From Octopus sinensis (taxonomy: Eukaryota): DNA of 64,000 bases. Position numbers and translations under genes: made by a program. The notes beneath the pieces are model-generated. The model did not search any database. It was not told the DNA's origin and saw only the letters and a list, made by a program, of their open reading frames with translations. Location: the NCBI RefSeq assembly GCF_006345805.1, contig NC_043013.1, forward strand, positions 22,320,001 to 22,384,000, in the 5' to 3' direction. Shown here piece by piece: positions 61,805-64,000 of the stretch (positions within the stretch are counted from its first letter, which is position 1; each line of letters starts with the position of its first letter).

Positions 61805-62313
61805 ATGTGCCCTTGTGTCTGTTTACCGCTGAATATTAATTACGTACTTGTATCTTAGCAGTTCGGTATAAAGGACTCATAGAATAAGTACCAGACTTAA
61901 AAAGGAAAGCATACTGTGGTCGATTCATTCTATTAAAATTCTTCAAAGTCGGTGCCCCAGCATGGCCGCAGTCTGATCTCTGAAACAAATGAAAGATTTC
62001 ATCAAAGAGCGTTGAGTTGGGTTCCACCGAGAAACGAAACCGCATTGTGAGCTCAGCATGTTCAATGCCTGTACAGTATCTATCTTTTCACGTTAGCCAA
62101 CAGTAGTTTGTGGTGCTGTTACATTGCTTTTTCCTGGAACAAAATGAAAACTGTAACCTTTACATTTTTCCATAAGTAAATAAAGTGTAACACCGAGCTG
62201 AAAATCGAAACCATTTTGCGGTGTCCCGTCGCTCATAGCTTAAAATCTTCTCTACACTGTCCTTCGCTATAATCCTATATTTCTTGAGCATCCATTTGCT
62301 TTTTCTACTACTA

Positions 62314-62400
<87 letters not shown>

Positions 62401-62544
62401 GTGGTGGTGGTGGTGGTGGCGGTGGTGGAGGTGGTATTATAAACCGAAAAATAGTTTTGTAGTTTTCCTCCATATTCTGTGGAAAGGTGTAAAAAATGTT
62501 TTTCTCTTCAGCGTCTTTATGTATGCTTTGATTCTACACATTGA

Positions 62545-62607
<63 letters not shown>

Positions 62608-63320
62608 AGACAGAGAGACAGAGACAGAGAGACAGAGACAGAGAGACAGAGACAGACAGACAGACAGACAGATAGACACGAGGGGGTGGTTGTGAATTGG
62701 GATCCACACAGAGATGATACGATTAAAGGATAATAACAATGGAGACTATAATGCTTACACCTGAGAAAAATCTCTCCATCTCAGGTATACTCGACCAGCC
62801 ATAGTTATGGATATTTTGTATCTTTCTCTTTTACTCTCCTCATCTAACAACGTCTCAGCAAACAAAATTGAGGTTATTCTCACATACAAAATGGATGGCA
62901 ACTGTCAGTTCCTTTATTGCGATTATAGATAATAACTATTTGGAAAATAACTGATATGGACAAAATATTTTCCAGATATTTCGCTTTAATAGTTTGTTTT
63001 TTTTTTCTTTTGTTTTCGTTTGTTCGTGGATTTCTTTGAGTGTGAAAACTTCCTGCTCTAAAGGGTATCTATTCTTACAAAATTCATAGCAATATTCACG
63101 AATATCTTGCTTAGTAGACTCTTCACAACGTGAAGCTTTCTCTTCAGTATATGCCGTGCCAGGAAAAGAAATCGGTAAAACAATACTATTTATGGGAAAT
63201 ATTTAATATTTTCCATAAGCTATCATCGATTTATTGACATGGGGAAAATAATAAAATCTTTTAAAATTACGTGTTCTTGCTTGTTTCCAAAGTATCTCTG
63301 GTTTGTATCTAGCTTATTAT

Positions 63321-63366
63321 TCTATGCTGATGAAGAGAAATAACCTGGAAATCGCGATAGACAGAT
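63321..63366 (+). ncRNA. Degenerate minimal hammerhead-like motif
   Basis: CTGATGA 63327-63333, GAAA 63348-63351, palindrome ATCGCGAT, AUA site. Stems I and II are poorly paired in this copy. Confidence 0.3.
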
Positions 63367-64000
63367 ATTGTTTTGAGCTGAGTTGGGGTGCTAGTTTCCC
63401 CTTGTTCGAGAATATAAGGACACAGATCGTATCGTATAGCCGGCTGGAGACGATGTCTCCTGGGGGCTAAATTACAGCAACATTCGTCCTAAACCAGGAC
63501 TGTCATGTTATGTTGGCAAACAATCTTTACTACAAAGTACTGTTGCTGAATATCTCTCGTTGTGGGATTTAAAAATAGTAATTTTCTAACTTATTATTCG
63601 AGTTGTGCTGCCTCATATTATAAACATTGAAAGTTGTTCAGAAGACAAAAGAAAGGCAAAGTTTCGACATTCACTTCGACCTGTCATTTGCAGTTTTCTT
63701 CAGTTGTTTCAAGGTTGTTGAACCATATACGCCCGTAGTCTCTGATGCTACGGGTTAAAACTCCAAAGTGTTGCTATTTAGAAGTATATGGTGGGGGGTT
63801 TTCCCATCTTATACTTGTATTGCAAAACTAGAAGCATCATTCATTGAAAGTATAAATGATATGTGTTTGCTCAAACGAATCTACGACATTCCCCATTATA
63901 CAAGGAACTCCGCACCTTGATATCACACAAACTCAGTGTGTCTGGCTGACATCTAGTAACATTCGTAAAACTGCAGACATCAATTCGTTAACAAGTGGCT

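Overview
AT-rich, microsatellite- and SINE-dense eukaryotic genomic DNA. The repeat families look like those of an octopus (inference from memory, no database search). Genes: (1) a complete 11-exon ZC3H3 orthologue on the minus strand (39248-55232, 829 aa), with all splice phases consistent; (2) plus-strand acidic low-complexity coding exons at 5991-6317 and 27377-28528, product unidentified; (3) a possible small two-exon minus-strand gene or pseudogene at 22.0-23.3 kb. Mobile DNA: Helitron helicase, R4/Dong RLE, CR1, Tc1/mariner and two Penelope-like GIY-YIG fragments, several SINE families and foldback elements. The standout is a ~490-bp tandem array (23527-26256). Its monomer carries a type I hammerhead ribozyme (HHR) motif inside an extensively self-complementary sequence, which is the architecture of a non-LTR retrozyme. 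It sits in a (TA)n tract, sense to an intron, with an inverted 5' unit. At least six other independent HHR-like motifs occur, including G3-C8 and U4C core variants. All ribozyme calls come from reading base-pairing by eye; activity is untested. No rRNA, tRNA gene or CRISPR array was seen.
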